Assembly: GCA_016748015.1 (NCBI GenBank)
Contig: JAAOMT010000129.1
Span: 1,159,206-1,223,205, forward strand
Direction of reading: 5' to 3'
Source: Geosiphon pyriformis uo1
Lineage: Eukaryota; Fungi; Glomeromycota
Length of the DNA stretch: 64,000 nucleotides
Made by a program: the position numbers and the translations under genes. A model generated the notes under the pieces. It did not search any database and was not told the origin of the DNA. It saw only the letters and a program-made list of their open reading frames with translations. Shown in pieces: positions 24,999 through 38,099 of the stretch. Each line of letters begins with the position of its first letter. Within the stretch, counting starts at the first letter, position 1.

Positions 24999-26262
24999 AT
25001 GATATGTCCTAAAAATTTCGGTTTTGTTTTGTTAAAAAAACATTTGGTGGCATTTAACTTTAGCCCTACTTATCTCAGTCTTTTGAACACTTGCTGTAGA
25101 TGATAAAGATGATTATCAAATGTTTTTGAGAACACATTGGTGTTATCCAAATACACGACTACTAATTTCTATAGTAGTCTGATATAAATGATTTTTATTA
25201 ACTATTGAAAAGTAGCCAAAGAGTTGGTTAAGCCAAATAACATTATTTTAAACTTTAAATTTCTTTTTTTGGTGGTAAATTTGGTTTTCTTCTTGTTAGC
25301 TGAATTCATAACTATTTGCCAGTAATCACTATCTAAATTCAGTATTGAGAACTATTTTTTTTCTTCAAAAGTGTTAAATAATTCTTAAATTTATAGAATT
25401 AGATAGTTATTTTCATAAATAACACTGTTAAGTTTTCTGTAATCTATACAAAAACGGATTTTTCCATTTTTCTTGCAGACTAGTACCACTGGTAATGACT
25501 ATAGACTTATTAATAATTGAATTAATCTATTGTTTAACATCTGGTTGATTTTTTATTAAATAATTTTATGGCTTGCTGGTGGTACTCTGTATGCTTTTTA
25601 TTTAATTGGCATTGTATCTCCAGTCTTAATCTGATATTGGATAATGTCAGTTCTACCAAATTTATTTTTACTTACAAAGATATTAGTAAAATTGTTAAAT
25701 AGTATCTTGAGTTGTATCTGTTAAAGTGAGTTTAAGTTTTCCAAGTTTATTTGTTCTAATTTTTTTTGTTAGAGCAAATAACATTTGTTTTGTTTATATA
25801 TAGTTTGTAATATGATATTTATATATCCACATAGTTGTGGAAAATCTGGAATGGAGTTCAGTAATTGATCTTTAACTTCAGTGCTTAAGTATTTAATGAT
25901 TGTTTTTTTTGGTATTTTGATGAGGTCTTCAGTTGTATTGTGGATAAGAATTTTAATGTATTTGTAATTTTTAGCTAGTATGTAGAGATTAGTAATTCCA
26001 ATCTTTTCTGGTTCACAAATTATAGCTTTTACCTCAAAAATCTGAGCCTGATCCTTTACTTTTCTCTTTATATTTAGCATATACTAGTCATATGGTGGAA
26101 TAGAAATTGATTGATGGGTAAAAATAATTTCTCCCTTGTTAATTGCTTTTTTCTTTGCCATATTAACTGATATGTCTATTTTATCTATAAGTCCAAATTT
26201 ATTTATTCTTCTTGTTGTCTTAATTTTTTTTTTTTCTTACTGGCACTAATTGAGTCATTTTA

Positions 26263-26441
26263 ACTATTTAATCCAGCACCAATTCCAAAAATCTGAATAC
26301 ACTAAATCCAATTCAGACTTGTATATATCCAAAGCCACTTAACTATCCATAAATAATTAAACTAAGCTGTAAGAGAGAATACACTTAAAAGTCAAAACAA
26401 TAGCCTACAATTCCACCAATATAAAAGACATCAAACCAGAA
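26263..26441 (-). mobile_element. ~180-bp internal LINE RNase H fragment inside the dUTPase of element A
   Basis: Translates SGLMSFILVEL*AIVLTFKCI...DS*VALD, matching the LINE RNase H at 60075-60165. Confidence 0.75.
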
Positions 26442-28872
26442 ATTCAGAAATATTGTCTGTGCTATTTTTTTATTTGGCTTAATAGTATAAGCTTTTTTGG
26501 AATTATTTTGTAGCATTGTAATAATATTTTTTATATATCTTGTATCAATTATTTCTTCTCTTATATTAATTCTTTTTTTTGCTGAACTATTCTTAGATGC
26601 TAGCTAAACCATAGTTGTTTTTGAAATTTTCAGTGCTATTTTCAGATCAATGCAGGTGTATGAATGTGGTTTCAATTTGATAGTATCTTTTTCTGGATAT
26701 CTCAAATTAAACCCTACATTAATATTATGTATTTGTTTTGACATAATACTTTTATTGTTATTGCTAAACCATTTAAGTTTCTGCTCCTTGAAAAGATTAA
26801 AGAGTGCAATATATTGTTCTGAGTTTAAATTAGAGTTTAAATTATCACTGTTGTCATTGCTATTTTGAACAGAACTGAAATCATTGTTATTATTATTATT
26901 GTTAAAGTTTGAATCATAATTGAGTGGTAATTCCGATTTTATTTTGCAGCTGCTAATTGGTTCTTTCTCTTCTGGGATTGTGTAAATCATGTGTGATTGT
27001 AGATTGTAAATAAAATTACAATTATTACAATATTAAAAGTCATAAAAAATTAAGCAATATTAACAAAGTTAGGTATTCAGCTACTCTAAATGCTGTTTTT
27101 GTTTTTGTCTGGTGGGTGCTAAGTTTTGGTAATGTTTATAAAAATTTTTTGGGCCTGTTTAAATATCAAAAAATGCATTAGAATTGAAGATAAGAATAAT
27201 GTTAACTGGTTCTGATAGGTTATTTTTTATTTCAAAAATCTTACTGAACAAAGCACTTTTTACTTTGGTATTTGCTATTCATTAAATTTTGTTCTTATTA
27301 TGTGGATAACTATCTAAGTAAGAGATTGCTTAATGCCAGACTGTATTGATGAGTGTTCTATAATTTATCTAGTCATTTATAAGAATCATGTACTGACATG
27401 AAGCATTATATATTTCTCTTCATTCTAAAATGTTGTTCTATATTTCTTCATCAAGTAACTGTTTTTCACAAACAAGACATAGTTTATTGTTCCATTTGTT
27501 TTGTTTTTTTGGATAGCCATACCATTTTTTATAACATGACTTACAGTAATAATGAGTTCTGATTCAGTAATCTTTATTAAGTAAAATTTAAACTCTTATA
27601 GAGAACAGTTTCTTTTTGTAGTTCTTACACTTAAGCAAAATATATGGTGGTTTGGGTCTGGTGTTGGTTGAATAAGACTTTTTTTAGTTATTGGTAGTTT
27701 TGGTAGAGGTATTGTTTTCTTGTGGCTTGTCTTTTTCATTTTTTTTGTTATTCCATAAAAATACTGGTAATAGTTTGTTGTAATTAATATTAGCCCATAA
27801 GACTTGATAGGCTTCTCAAGTAGATTTCTTTTTTTCTTCCTTAAATTCAATAAGTGGTGCCAATATGGTGGTTTTGAAGTGGCCACAAGTAGTTAGTACT
27901 TAAGTGTATTGGCCATTTTGGCTAAGTTGCAATTCTTGGATGGTCCAATCAAATACTGTATTGGTTTTGGTCAGCCAGTTATTACCAACTAAGGCTTAGT
28001 ACTAGGTGGCTTCCATAACTAATACTTTAATAAGAGTGGTAATGCCATTGACTTTAAACAGAAAGGCATTAATTTTGTCAATTGAAGTTTTTGTGACTTT
28101 ATCAGCAGTGATAATTCTGATGCTAGCAGTACAATCAATTTAGTAATTTAATTGGTTCATAAATTGTTGTGTGATAATGCTGTCTACTAAACTGCTATTA
28201 AAGATTAGTTTAATAGAATAGCCATCAACTTTGGCATTAGTATACATTACCATAATGAATTTGGTGTTAAGAGTGACTTCACTAAAAAGAAATATTGTTG
28301 TGAGTTCTTTGATTTTGAATGAAAAGATAACATCTAATAATTTGTTATTGGTAATGGTTGCTAGAGGTATATTGTGATTGGTTATTTATTTTGGGTTGGA
28401 TTTCAGGTTGTTGAATAAAGCATCTTCTGAAATAATCAGAAGACTTAAATAGTTCTGGGAACTTGGATTTTGAGAATACTCTATTCTCAAACTCTACTAG
28501 TGTGATCCTAATGGCTGTTGTAATAAGCTGAGAATTAATTGATGCATTATTATTTCCGATCACCAGTTTTGTTGAGTATAAATGATTCTCAGTTTTGAAT
28601 TTTTGGATATTTGAGCTAAGTTTTGTAATAGTGTTTGAATTGTGATTGGCTAATAAATTATTGGTGGTTATTATGATTAATAGATAACTGGCATTAAAAT
28701 TTAATACATTGGTGGTGCATATATCTATTGCTGCATTATTAATAGATAATTCAATTAATAAGGTTCTTAATTTGGATGATAATTTGGAGTTTGAAACCAG
28801 CAATTAGGGTTTTGATATTGATTTCTTGATCATTAGTTATTTAATCTTAATTGGTAATCTATTTTTAAGTGT

Positions 28873-29853
28873 TGTTACCAGAGATTTTTGGTCTCTTTTT
28901 TTGAATGTTACTAATGTTAATTTATTGTGAATTTATGTTTCTAGGAAGTAGTTGGACCTCCAGTAACTGAATTTATCTTCAAATTATCTCTTATAATTTG
29001 AATTGCTGGGCTTACAAGTGGAATGGCTAATTCCTTGCCAGTTACTTTATGTAATTACATTGTAGTAAATGTCAACTCTTTCCCAGAAATTGCTCATTTA
29101 GAAGCTTACTAAAAATGTGTAGTTATTTTACTGTGAAAGTCAACTCTTCTATAGGAATCTTGTTTGTAAGCTACCCTAATGATTATAATAAGAAAAAAAA
29201 GAAAAATAAAAGAAATGTAAAAGAAATAGGATTTTATCAAGTGAAACGTTTTTTATTTAGGCCTGGAGTCACTAACAGATACTGAAATTGGTAGCTAATC
29301 AATTTCAAAATGTTAGTTGTGTTGAAAGAATTTCAAGTGCAATAATTTAAGAATTTGGTTTTTTTTTTGAATATTTAATTTTTATTTAAGATATGTAAAA
29401 GGTGATTTGTTTCAATTAAACTATCTAAAGTAGGATGTTATGGTAAGATACTATAAGAAGATAAGAAAATACATTTTCTTAAAGAAAGAAGCTTTTTTTT
29501 ATACAACTTGTTATAGTACTAGTCTTTAAACTTGCACTTTTCTCTTTGCTACAATTTGGGTGAATTAAAGATACATTTCAGTAAACTACAAGTTATTTCA
29601 CTGAACTATTGATTATTTCGGCCAATTTTCATTAATTTCGGCAAATTTTGACTATGTTAAATGGTTCAAGGTATTATGTAATTTGATCATCTTAATTTCT
29701 AGAATACAAATTGGATTATTGATTGAGTAATAATATTTGATAATTTGATTAAATAATAAGTAATAATCGAAATAATAATAATATATGCTAATTGATAATA
29801 AGAATTATGAGAGTAATTTCATGCTAATTAATAGCTAAAATCTACTGGTAACA
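28873..29853 (-). repeat. solo LTR, family 3
   Basis: TGTTAC...GTAACA; perfect TSD GTGT; homologous to 60171-61151. Confidence 0.92.
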
Positions 29854-32800
29854 GTGTTTTTGTTTATTATAGTAATGGCAAACACATGTCTCTTACTTAC
29901 TGTTGATTTAATAAGGATAGATATAACTAATTTTAAAATTAATTAGAGCTTTTTTGATTATTGCACCATTGTAAAGATTAATAAATAGCCTAATTGTTAA
30001 CTAAATATTCTTCCAATTTTTGATTAATTGAGTTGCTAAATTGTTTCAACTTTAAGTTCAAGTCAAATGATCTGTTCATAACTAAATTTATAGCTTGAGC
30101 ATGATTGGCTTCTAGTTTAGCTAATTCAAAATCTCTAACATAAATAACTGCAGCTTGAAAATTGGTTAGATGTAATGAACATATGTATTGTATAATGCTA
30201 CTGCATAATTTGCAAATAAACTGATTTAAGATTTGTATTACTGTAAAATAATTGACATTAATGGCTTGGATTTGATATAAATTTCTATAGAAATATCTTA
30301 GGTATGTGATAATGGTTTCAGATTTTCTTTGTTTGATGGTGGTAAAAACAGTTATAAAATAATTAATACTGTTATTATTACTAAAGTATCTCAAAAATTC
30401 TGTTTTAAACACATTAAAAATAATGGGTTTATTAATTAAGTTCTGATATTATGAATTGATAGTATCTTGCAAGAAGTATGGAATGGCTTGTAGAACTCTA
30501 GTGTTATTCCAATTATTAGCAGTGATTGCTTTGACAACATCATTAAGCCAGACTTGGGCATTGTTTTCTTTACCAGTAAACTTTTTTAACTTAGTAATAG
30601 AAGCATATGTTATTGGTACTATTATTGGTTGTTGTTGTAGTTGTGGTTGAAATAGTTGTTATAACTGTTATTGTTGTTTGGTAATCAGAACAGCTGATAG
30701 TAAATCAATTATGATTATTGAAGGTAAGTTTTAAGAAATAATAGAAGCAGAGTTTATATTGTTCTGATTTTACTAAGTTGAAATAATCAGAGTTTAATTT
30801 TCTAAGTTTTCTAAGATTAGGTTTTGATAAGTAAATTTCTGATTTTCATTTTTTTTTCTTTTAAATCAGTTATTTCCCAAGGACTAGTGGCTCCAAAATT
30901 GGGTTGGGATGACAGTGATCGAAATTCTAATGATATAGATGATTACAATTTAAATTTCTCAAAATAATTGTTATAAGTTTTCAATAAGTTGGCTTTTTTT
31001 GTTGGCTTTGAAACATGATTCTTACTGATAGTGTTTTCACAGTTGATGTAGATACATCTGTTGATGTTATGTAATAGTACTTCTTAATATGTGATAATAT
31101 AATGAGTAAATAGGTGAAACTACTTTTGGTTTCTTCTAAGTAGATGGTTGTATGTTTCTTGGTATTTTTGTTGATGTTTGTAATTTTCCTTTGTTTTTTA
31201 TCTGCAAAATAGCTGAATAGTGTTAGTTTCTAAAAGTTTTTATGATCTGAAAGTTTTGGTTTGAGTTTTTTGTATAATAGACAGAGATTCAAGTGTTGTT
31301 TTATCTATAGCTTACCAGAATCACAATTTTGTTGAATTTTTTTTTTGTATGGTGGTTAGTAATTTTCTTGGTAAACTATTCTCAATTATAAGTGTTTTAC
31401 TCTTGTTTTATGAGTTTTTTACCAATTTTTTTGACATCAATAACTTCATATATTAATTTTTAATTAATTAATAAATAATAAACAAAACAAAAGAGAAGAA
31501 AAAAAAATAAAGAAATAAACCAAGACAAAAAAGAATTAGTATCTCATCAATAGCTGTGATTAAGAGCTATTGGTTTAGTGTAGTTAAGTATTAGCAATTA
31601 TCAACATAAATTATTAATAGTAAAAAGATGGATTGCAATAGTAATAAATATTTTTATTAATATTTGATTTTTTTACTTCAAGTTATAGAATGTTATTGTA
31701 TAAAAAAATGGATATGGAATTGAAATTAGAGATTTTAAATTAAGAATTCTGTTTCTTTTTCTGTTTCAAATACTTTCACTATATATACATATTTAATGTT
31801 CTATGAAATCTTATATATTTTTAAGCAATGCTTCATAATTTCTTGAGCAATGCTCATATTGCTAAGCAATGTGCTGTGATTTTTAACAATGCTCTATATT
31901 GCTAAACAATATACCATAATTTTTTAACAATGTCTCATATTGCTAAATAATATACTTATATATTAAATACTATTTTTTTATTGGTTTATTTTTTATCTAT
32001 TTTTTTTACTACTTTTTTTGTATTTTTTTTTTATGAATAACATTGGTATTTAGTAATATATTGTTGTTTATTTCAAAAAACTAAATGTTGTTGTATTTGC
32101 TTTAAATTATTGATTAATATTAATAAGTAAAAATAAAATTAAAATCTTCTCTTTGGTAAATTAAAATAAAATTATTTTGTTTTATATTAGATTTAAGACC
32201 AAATTAATCAACTTTTTTTCTAGTTGTATTGTTTTAAAGATTAATAATATAATCTTTTAAATTAGTAATCAAACATGTTTTATTCTTTATTTTTTTAATT
32301 TTGGTTATTGTTTTTAGTTTGTTTTAATTATGTTTGAATTTTAAATTAATTTGAAGACTATAGTAGTCAAGACTAATACACTAAAAAAATGCTATATCTG
32401 ATAAAAAACTTCTAGTTGTTAGTACTGTTTTAAGTATTAAAAAATAAGCCATCTAACTGTAAACTATAAGATGTCTTCACTTTTTTTTTCTAAGATTTTT
32501 AAAATATTCACATTATATTTTAAGAATACTAAATTTTGTTAAGATTTCTGCTTTTTTAAGCTTTTTTGAATTTTGATTTCTAATAACTCTTGTTTTTTTT
32601 TTGTAATTATTGGTAATTTTTTAATTTTTTGCAGTTAATTTTTTTGGAAGCTAAATTGGTTAAATTAACTATATTAATTAGATTTATTATTAGACTTGTT
32701 AGTTTTTTGGTTATTGTATTTAAACAATTTATTAAAGAAAACTTTTTTTCAAGCAGTGCTTTTAGTCTTAAAATCAACAAAGTTCTAATATATATAAGTG

Positions 32801-33940
32801 TTTTTAGTAAAACTGTTAATAAATTTGAATGTAAAATAATTGTATTAAAAGCTGAATATAACTTTAAAAATAATAATATAGTTGGTTTTTATGTAAATTT
32901 GTTTGCTATTAATAATAATACATTTTCTAATTTGTTGTTACTTTAAAAACATAAGTCTGTTAATATTAAGGTTAATGTTTTAAAAATTATTAAATAACTG
33001 GTTAAATTGGTTAATAATAATATTATATTATTTGAAATTATTTAAAAGATGTTTTTTTTAAATAAGTTTTTTTTTAAAGTATCAACATAGTATAATCTGA
33101 ACTAACTTAAGTAATAAATTACATATAAAAAATATATAAGTCATATTTAATATTAAAATACTTAATTTGTTCTTAATTTTTAAATAATAATAGAACTATA
33201 TTTGTTAAATATATAATAAAAATAATTAAATAAAATTTTTTTTATTTTAGAATTTTTAGAATAAATAAATTAATTTACACAATATTATTATTATATATTA
33301 GACTTGAATTATATACAAATTACATATGATTAATTATTTAAATTAATTAAAACTACTTTATATTATTATAACAAATTTTTTATTTAAAATTTATTTTAAA
33401 TATTTATTATAAAATTTTTTATTTTTATTGGTTATTATTTGTTATTAAATATTACAACTTTTTAATATATTTTTTAGAATGTTTTTTACAATTCTTATTT
33501 TTGTTATTTTTTTTATATTATTTTTTAAAATTATATTGTCTTTTTTTTTTATATATATTATAATACTACTTTAAGTTTTTAAGTTTTTTTATAATATATA
33601 TATACAAAATTTTTAATTAATTTTAATATTTTATTTTTGTCAATTTATTATTTATAAACTTTTTTATTATGTTTACATATTAATTTCTATATATAAAACT
33701 CATAATACATGCTTTTCTAATACCCACAGTTAATAAGAGTATTTAGTAAAGATAATAAATTTGTTTGTATTAAGGAACTAATTAGAAAGTCATGGAACTT
33801 CTACACAATTATTTCTAGTATCCTTTAAAACATCCATCACTTTGCTTTTATGTTATTACTTCTTGCCTTTTTACATTAACATATCTGGATTATATAACAC
33901 TATTTGTGAGTTTCTTCACACCACATCCACAGAATATATT

Positions 33941-35592
33941 ATGGCATTTTTGGTGGTTTTTCAAGTAATGAATGAAGAAGCATGGATCACAAAAGAAAAT
34001 TTAAGACAATTATTGCATCAGTCAATTTCAGCAGTTTGCCTTATACACACCAGATTCAGACAAATATCAAAAGCTTCTAGGATTTCCATTGAAGGTATAG
34101 TTAAAGCTCACTTTTAGAATGAAATTTCGATAACTGAATCAAAGTCATATCCAAAGCCATGTAAGCCCAGGGTTGTTCGTTATACGTATTGATCCTCAGA
34201 CACATGGGGGTATTTCTTTAAGTCACAGTTTAAGAAAACATATGTATCATGCAATTTATTAGCATGATAGAAATCTGACGTGTGCCGGTTTTGACACAAT
34301 AATACATAAAAACTAGATCTAACATAAGTTTTTCTGCACTAGCTTGATGATGCCTTTGAAGGAGTATGTAGTGTTCGTGATTTTGAAGTTGCGGTTATTG
34401 AAAGGGAACCTTACAAAAAGTAAAGCTCCATATGCCAAATATTTACGAAAGTGCATAGGTAAGGTTAAATCTTCGAAACTTTCATGGCGTGATCCACTCG
34501 CAAATCAATTTCTCAGTAATGAAATGGAGATGGTTAAGCAATTACCGAAAGAAGAATATGGGTCTTTCATGGTAAGTACAAAATAATTCATCTTTGTGTG
34601 GTAAAAATTCTACTTAAAATGGACATATTATAAGGGACCAGTAAAATATATGCAAACACCTCCCCCTTTTTCAATCGAAACAATATGCAAAGAATTTATA
34701 ATAAATTATGACGATGGTATTATGGAGATTCCTTCTCAAAAACTTTCGCATGAAAATTGGCAGGAGAGGGGAATATTACGATTAAAATTCTAGGTACTTA
34801 GTAAGTATAATACTATATTTATATCCATTAATCTATTTGTAATATTAATGTTTTTATATTATAGAGGGGAGATTTGGAAAAATCCAGCTTTTAGTCGTAG
34901 ATTTGCTAAAACGCAGAGTGAGGGGACATAAATGACAGATATCATTCGACACTAAAAGATTTACCAATTGGAAAATCTGCATATATTAGCAAGTGAGTAA
35001 ACTTTCTTATTATTTTTTTTTAAGGATAATCTATTTACAATTTTTATATTAAAGAGCAGAACGCCAAAGTGTGGCTAGCAAAGACAGAAGGGGGGAAAGA
35101 GGAAAACGTCTAGACATGATGTTCATAGTTAAACATGAGGATAAAATTTATGAATTAATGTTTGCTGAATGTTCACGTATTTTTTGTAATGGGACAAAAG
35201 AAGAAGATGATAAAGTGAAACTATGGCGGGAACTTAATGATGGACTATATTGGGCGAATAGAGGGTGTGGATTAGATGAAAATGAGTTTGGTATTCTAGG
35301 GTTCCAGGTTATTAGAGAAAAATTTTATCTATGTTGTTATTCGAGATCATGAAAACATAAGTCGTCTCTTTCTTTTACGATCTGTAGACTGTATTTGAGT
35401 TTGTGGAAACTTTGTTGTTATTACGAGTATGTATTCGTTTATATTCTATTATGCATTTCACACCATTTATTTACTGATTTTTTTAATTTGTAGAAAATCT
35501 TGATCGTCAATCTGTCTTTGTTATTTAACTCTAAAGCGCATGGAAGCAACAAAAGTAGTTCGACTATATCATCTCCACCATATGATAATTAG
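33941..35592 (+). pseudogene. intron-containing pseudogene of the Glomeromycotina-expanded PD-(D/E)xK / Crinkler-REase-like family
   Basis: SEGT, ERQSVASKDR, GKRLD, ELMFAECSR, DDKVKLWRELNDG motifs; premature stop and frameshifts. Confidence 0.6.
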
Positions 35593-36078
35593 AGTTCCTG
35601 TGTATTTTCTTCATCTATTTTCATATCAATAAAATATCTGCTTGTACACGTAAATCTGAATATAGCAATCTAATCAGTTTATCTCTCGCCTCATTTCTGA
35701 TGATGTCTCTTATTATCCTCGGCTTTTAGATATTGGCATGGGTATATGTGAAAGTGGATCGGTTGCACAATGCGTGTGCCACATCACTTTTCGGCAACAA
35801 TTTTTGCGAAATAGATCCTTGTAGGTTTCAAAACGATAAACCTTTGAGTTTTTAGAGCATTTTATTGAAATAAAGCTGCAAATAAAATTTAGGTATATTG
35901 ATCATTTAAAGTTGGTAGTTTAGCAAAAATTTCAGAGATCCAATATCTTTGAATGGGTGTGGTTTGGTCTAAATATCAAAAACGATTTGCCTCATAAATA
36001 TTCATCTTAAAGGTTCAAAGAAGAAATTTTGTTTCACGTACTGTGTCACAATTAAAATCGTTAAATTGGTAAAAGTTT

Positions 36079-37562
36079 CTATCCCTCATCCGTTTCCATT
36101 GAATTCCGTCGGGAATTATCATCCTCCTCCCCCTCTTCCTCGTCGTCGTCATCACCAGCTGTGATCTCTTCATCAGAATCATCCTCTGGTATCTTAGGAG
36201 CACACTACATTGGCAGAGATCGCACATAGGAAAGGTTATTTAAGGTAAAATGTTTAAGAATCCACATCGAAATGAAACTCACCAGATACTCAACCAAATG
36301 AGACCCGTAAAATGGAACCTCAATATCAAACTACGTGAATTGACACGTCAAAAAATTTAGTGGTTAAAAAACTCACAGAAATGACGTAAAACAAAAAATG
36401 CTTTCCTCAAATTTGAGGATGTTTTGATCATCCATCTTGATGGTCGTGTTTTTGGACATGGATAACGCAATGAAGGCTGATCCAAGACATATTTTCTGGT
36501 ATGTCCATTCGCGTCGAGTTGGGCACTGATGAGATTTAAGACTCGTGTTGAAATCAATCTTATAATTAGTGTTGTACAAATTTAGGAAGAGTCTTTTAAA
36601 AACATAAGTGGATTGACAGAAACACAAATTTAGTAATATACTGACCTCAGATCCTACAGACGAATGATTTACCTCAATCTGAGTGGAAATGCGAAATTTG
36701 GGAGGATCTGGTGAGAATAGAAATGTGACTTGGAATTGTTTTTTCGTTACAATCTCTGATAACGCGGTGATCAATTTCCGAGAATCTATGGAAACAGCGC
36801 ACAAATTCGGGGAGGATTCGTTAAAATTCATTCCAAAATCAAATTGTCTTTCGTCATGGATGGTATGAATGGTAGAGGTAACGGAACATTGATATTCATC
36901 AGAGCCAATTTTCTCTGCGTCTGCCCTTTGTGTATAATGAACGATTACAAAGTGAACCTCCTCATTAATAAACTAAATATTCAGTTGCATGGATCCAAGA
37001 TTTGCAAAATTTGAAATCATACGTGATATCGATATCAGCTTCATCATAATACTGTATTTTACATGCTTTTCTAATACCCGCAGTTGATTCATTGACACTT
37101 TTTGTCAATAAGAGAGTATTCAGTAAAGTTTTTAAATAGGCTACACATTTTATCGGAGCATCCTCAGAGGCACTGCAATCATAATCATCAAAATAGTCTT
37201 TTGATATTACGCAATGGACTGGATCATTAATGAAATTTCGTTAGTTATTTTTTAAGGATAAAATATTATTTAAAGAGAACTTACTTTCCCAAATTTGGGG
37301 AACCATCATAGTGAAATTCCAGCCGTGCCGATGAAATTGCAATATGAGGGGCTTTTGAGATTTGTTAGTATGATTCGTACTGTATAATCCTAAAATTTGA
37401 AATTCTGTCTAAACACACCCAGCCTTCCTGGTCATCTTTAACATCTTTTCTAGTATCTTTGACATTAAATGCTTGCAGAAGAATCACAAGTGGCTCAAGA
37501 TCTTGCACTTTCGCAACGAAGCGTTTGGGAGCGTTATGATTAAGCAACAATTCAGCCATCAT
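36079..37562 (-). CDS. RAD1: 9-1-1 checkpoint clamp subunit Rad1, multi-exon
   Basis: LITALSE..FSPDPPKFRIST; HQC..Y..ALSMSKNTTIKMD; VEYL|CAP plus acidic tail, as in Rad1 SPDKPYFRLST / VEYYCCPDEE. One exon junction near 36930-37022 not resolved. Confidence 0.82.
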
Positions 37563-38099
37563 ATGAATTATCCGATTTTCGGCATCGCGTTGAATGGTTG
37601 ACCGCGTAATTTTTCAAAGAATTGATTGGACAATTATTGTGATTGTAGCACTTGAGTTTTATTATTAGAAGTTAGAACTTATTTGCAGGACTGTTTATTA
37701 TTTTGAAGGGCTTATTAGTTATTAAGCCCCAATACCTAAAGTTTGATATGGGGAATTTCTATAAGGTTCTTCCATGATAGGCTTGCAATGTGCGTTATCG
37801 AAGGAAGTAGGGAATTCCAGAGATTTAAGAATATATGATGTTTCTATAAATCTTAACCGGGTTTCCCATTTATATTTTACTATTCTACCAAGGAAAAATT
37901 TTCATAGAATGTATAATTGTAAAAACAAAATGTTTAATGCTACAGAAAGCTAAGGTTTAGAACAAGAAGTTAAATTAAAAAAGCTAAGAATCGTAGAAAT
38001 TAAGGCAAAGGATGATCACAAAAATACTAAGGATTAGATTACTGAGCGGGATATCAACCAAAACCTTGATTGAAAATGTTGAGGAATCCAATTGTCACT

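Larger units (their letters stand above)
24999..32042 (-). mobile_element. Gypsy element A, 5' part: truncated 5' LTR (~31210-32042), gag, PR, Cys module, dUTPase, RT
   Basis: Colinear with element B; U5 end, PBS and gag start deleted near 31205. Confidence 0.88.

Noticed and set aside
32629-32946. 105-aa ORF
   Set aside because: AT-drifted relic, probably LINE-derived; no credible product
36373-36831. HUS1 or RAD9 assignment
   Set aside because: Motifs fit Rad1 better
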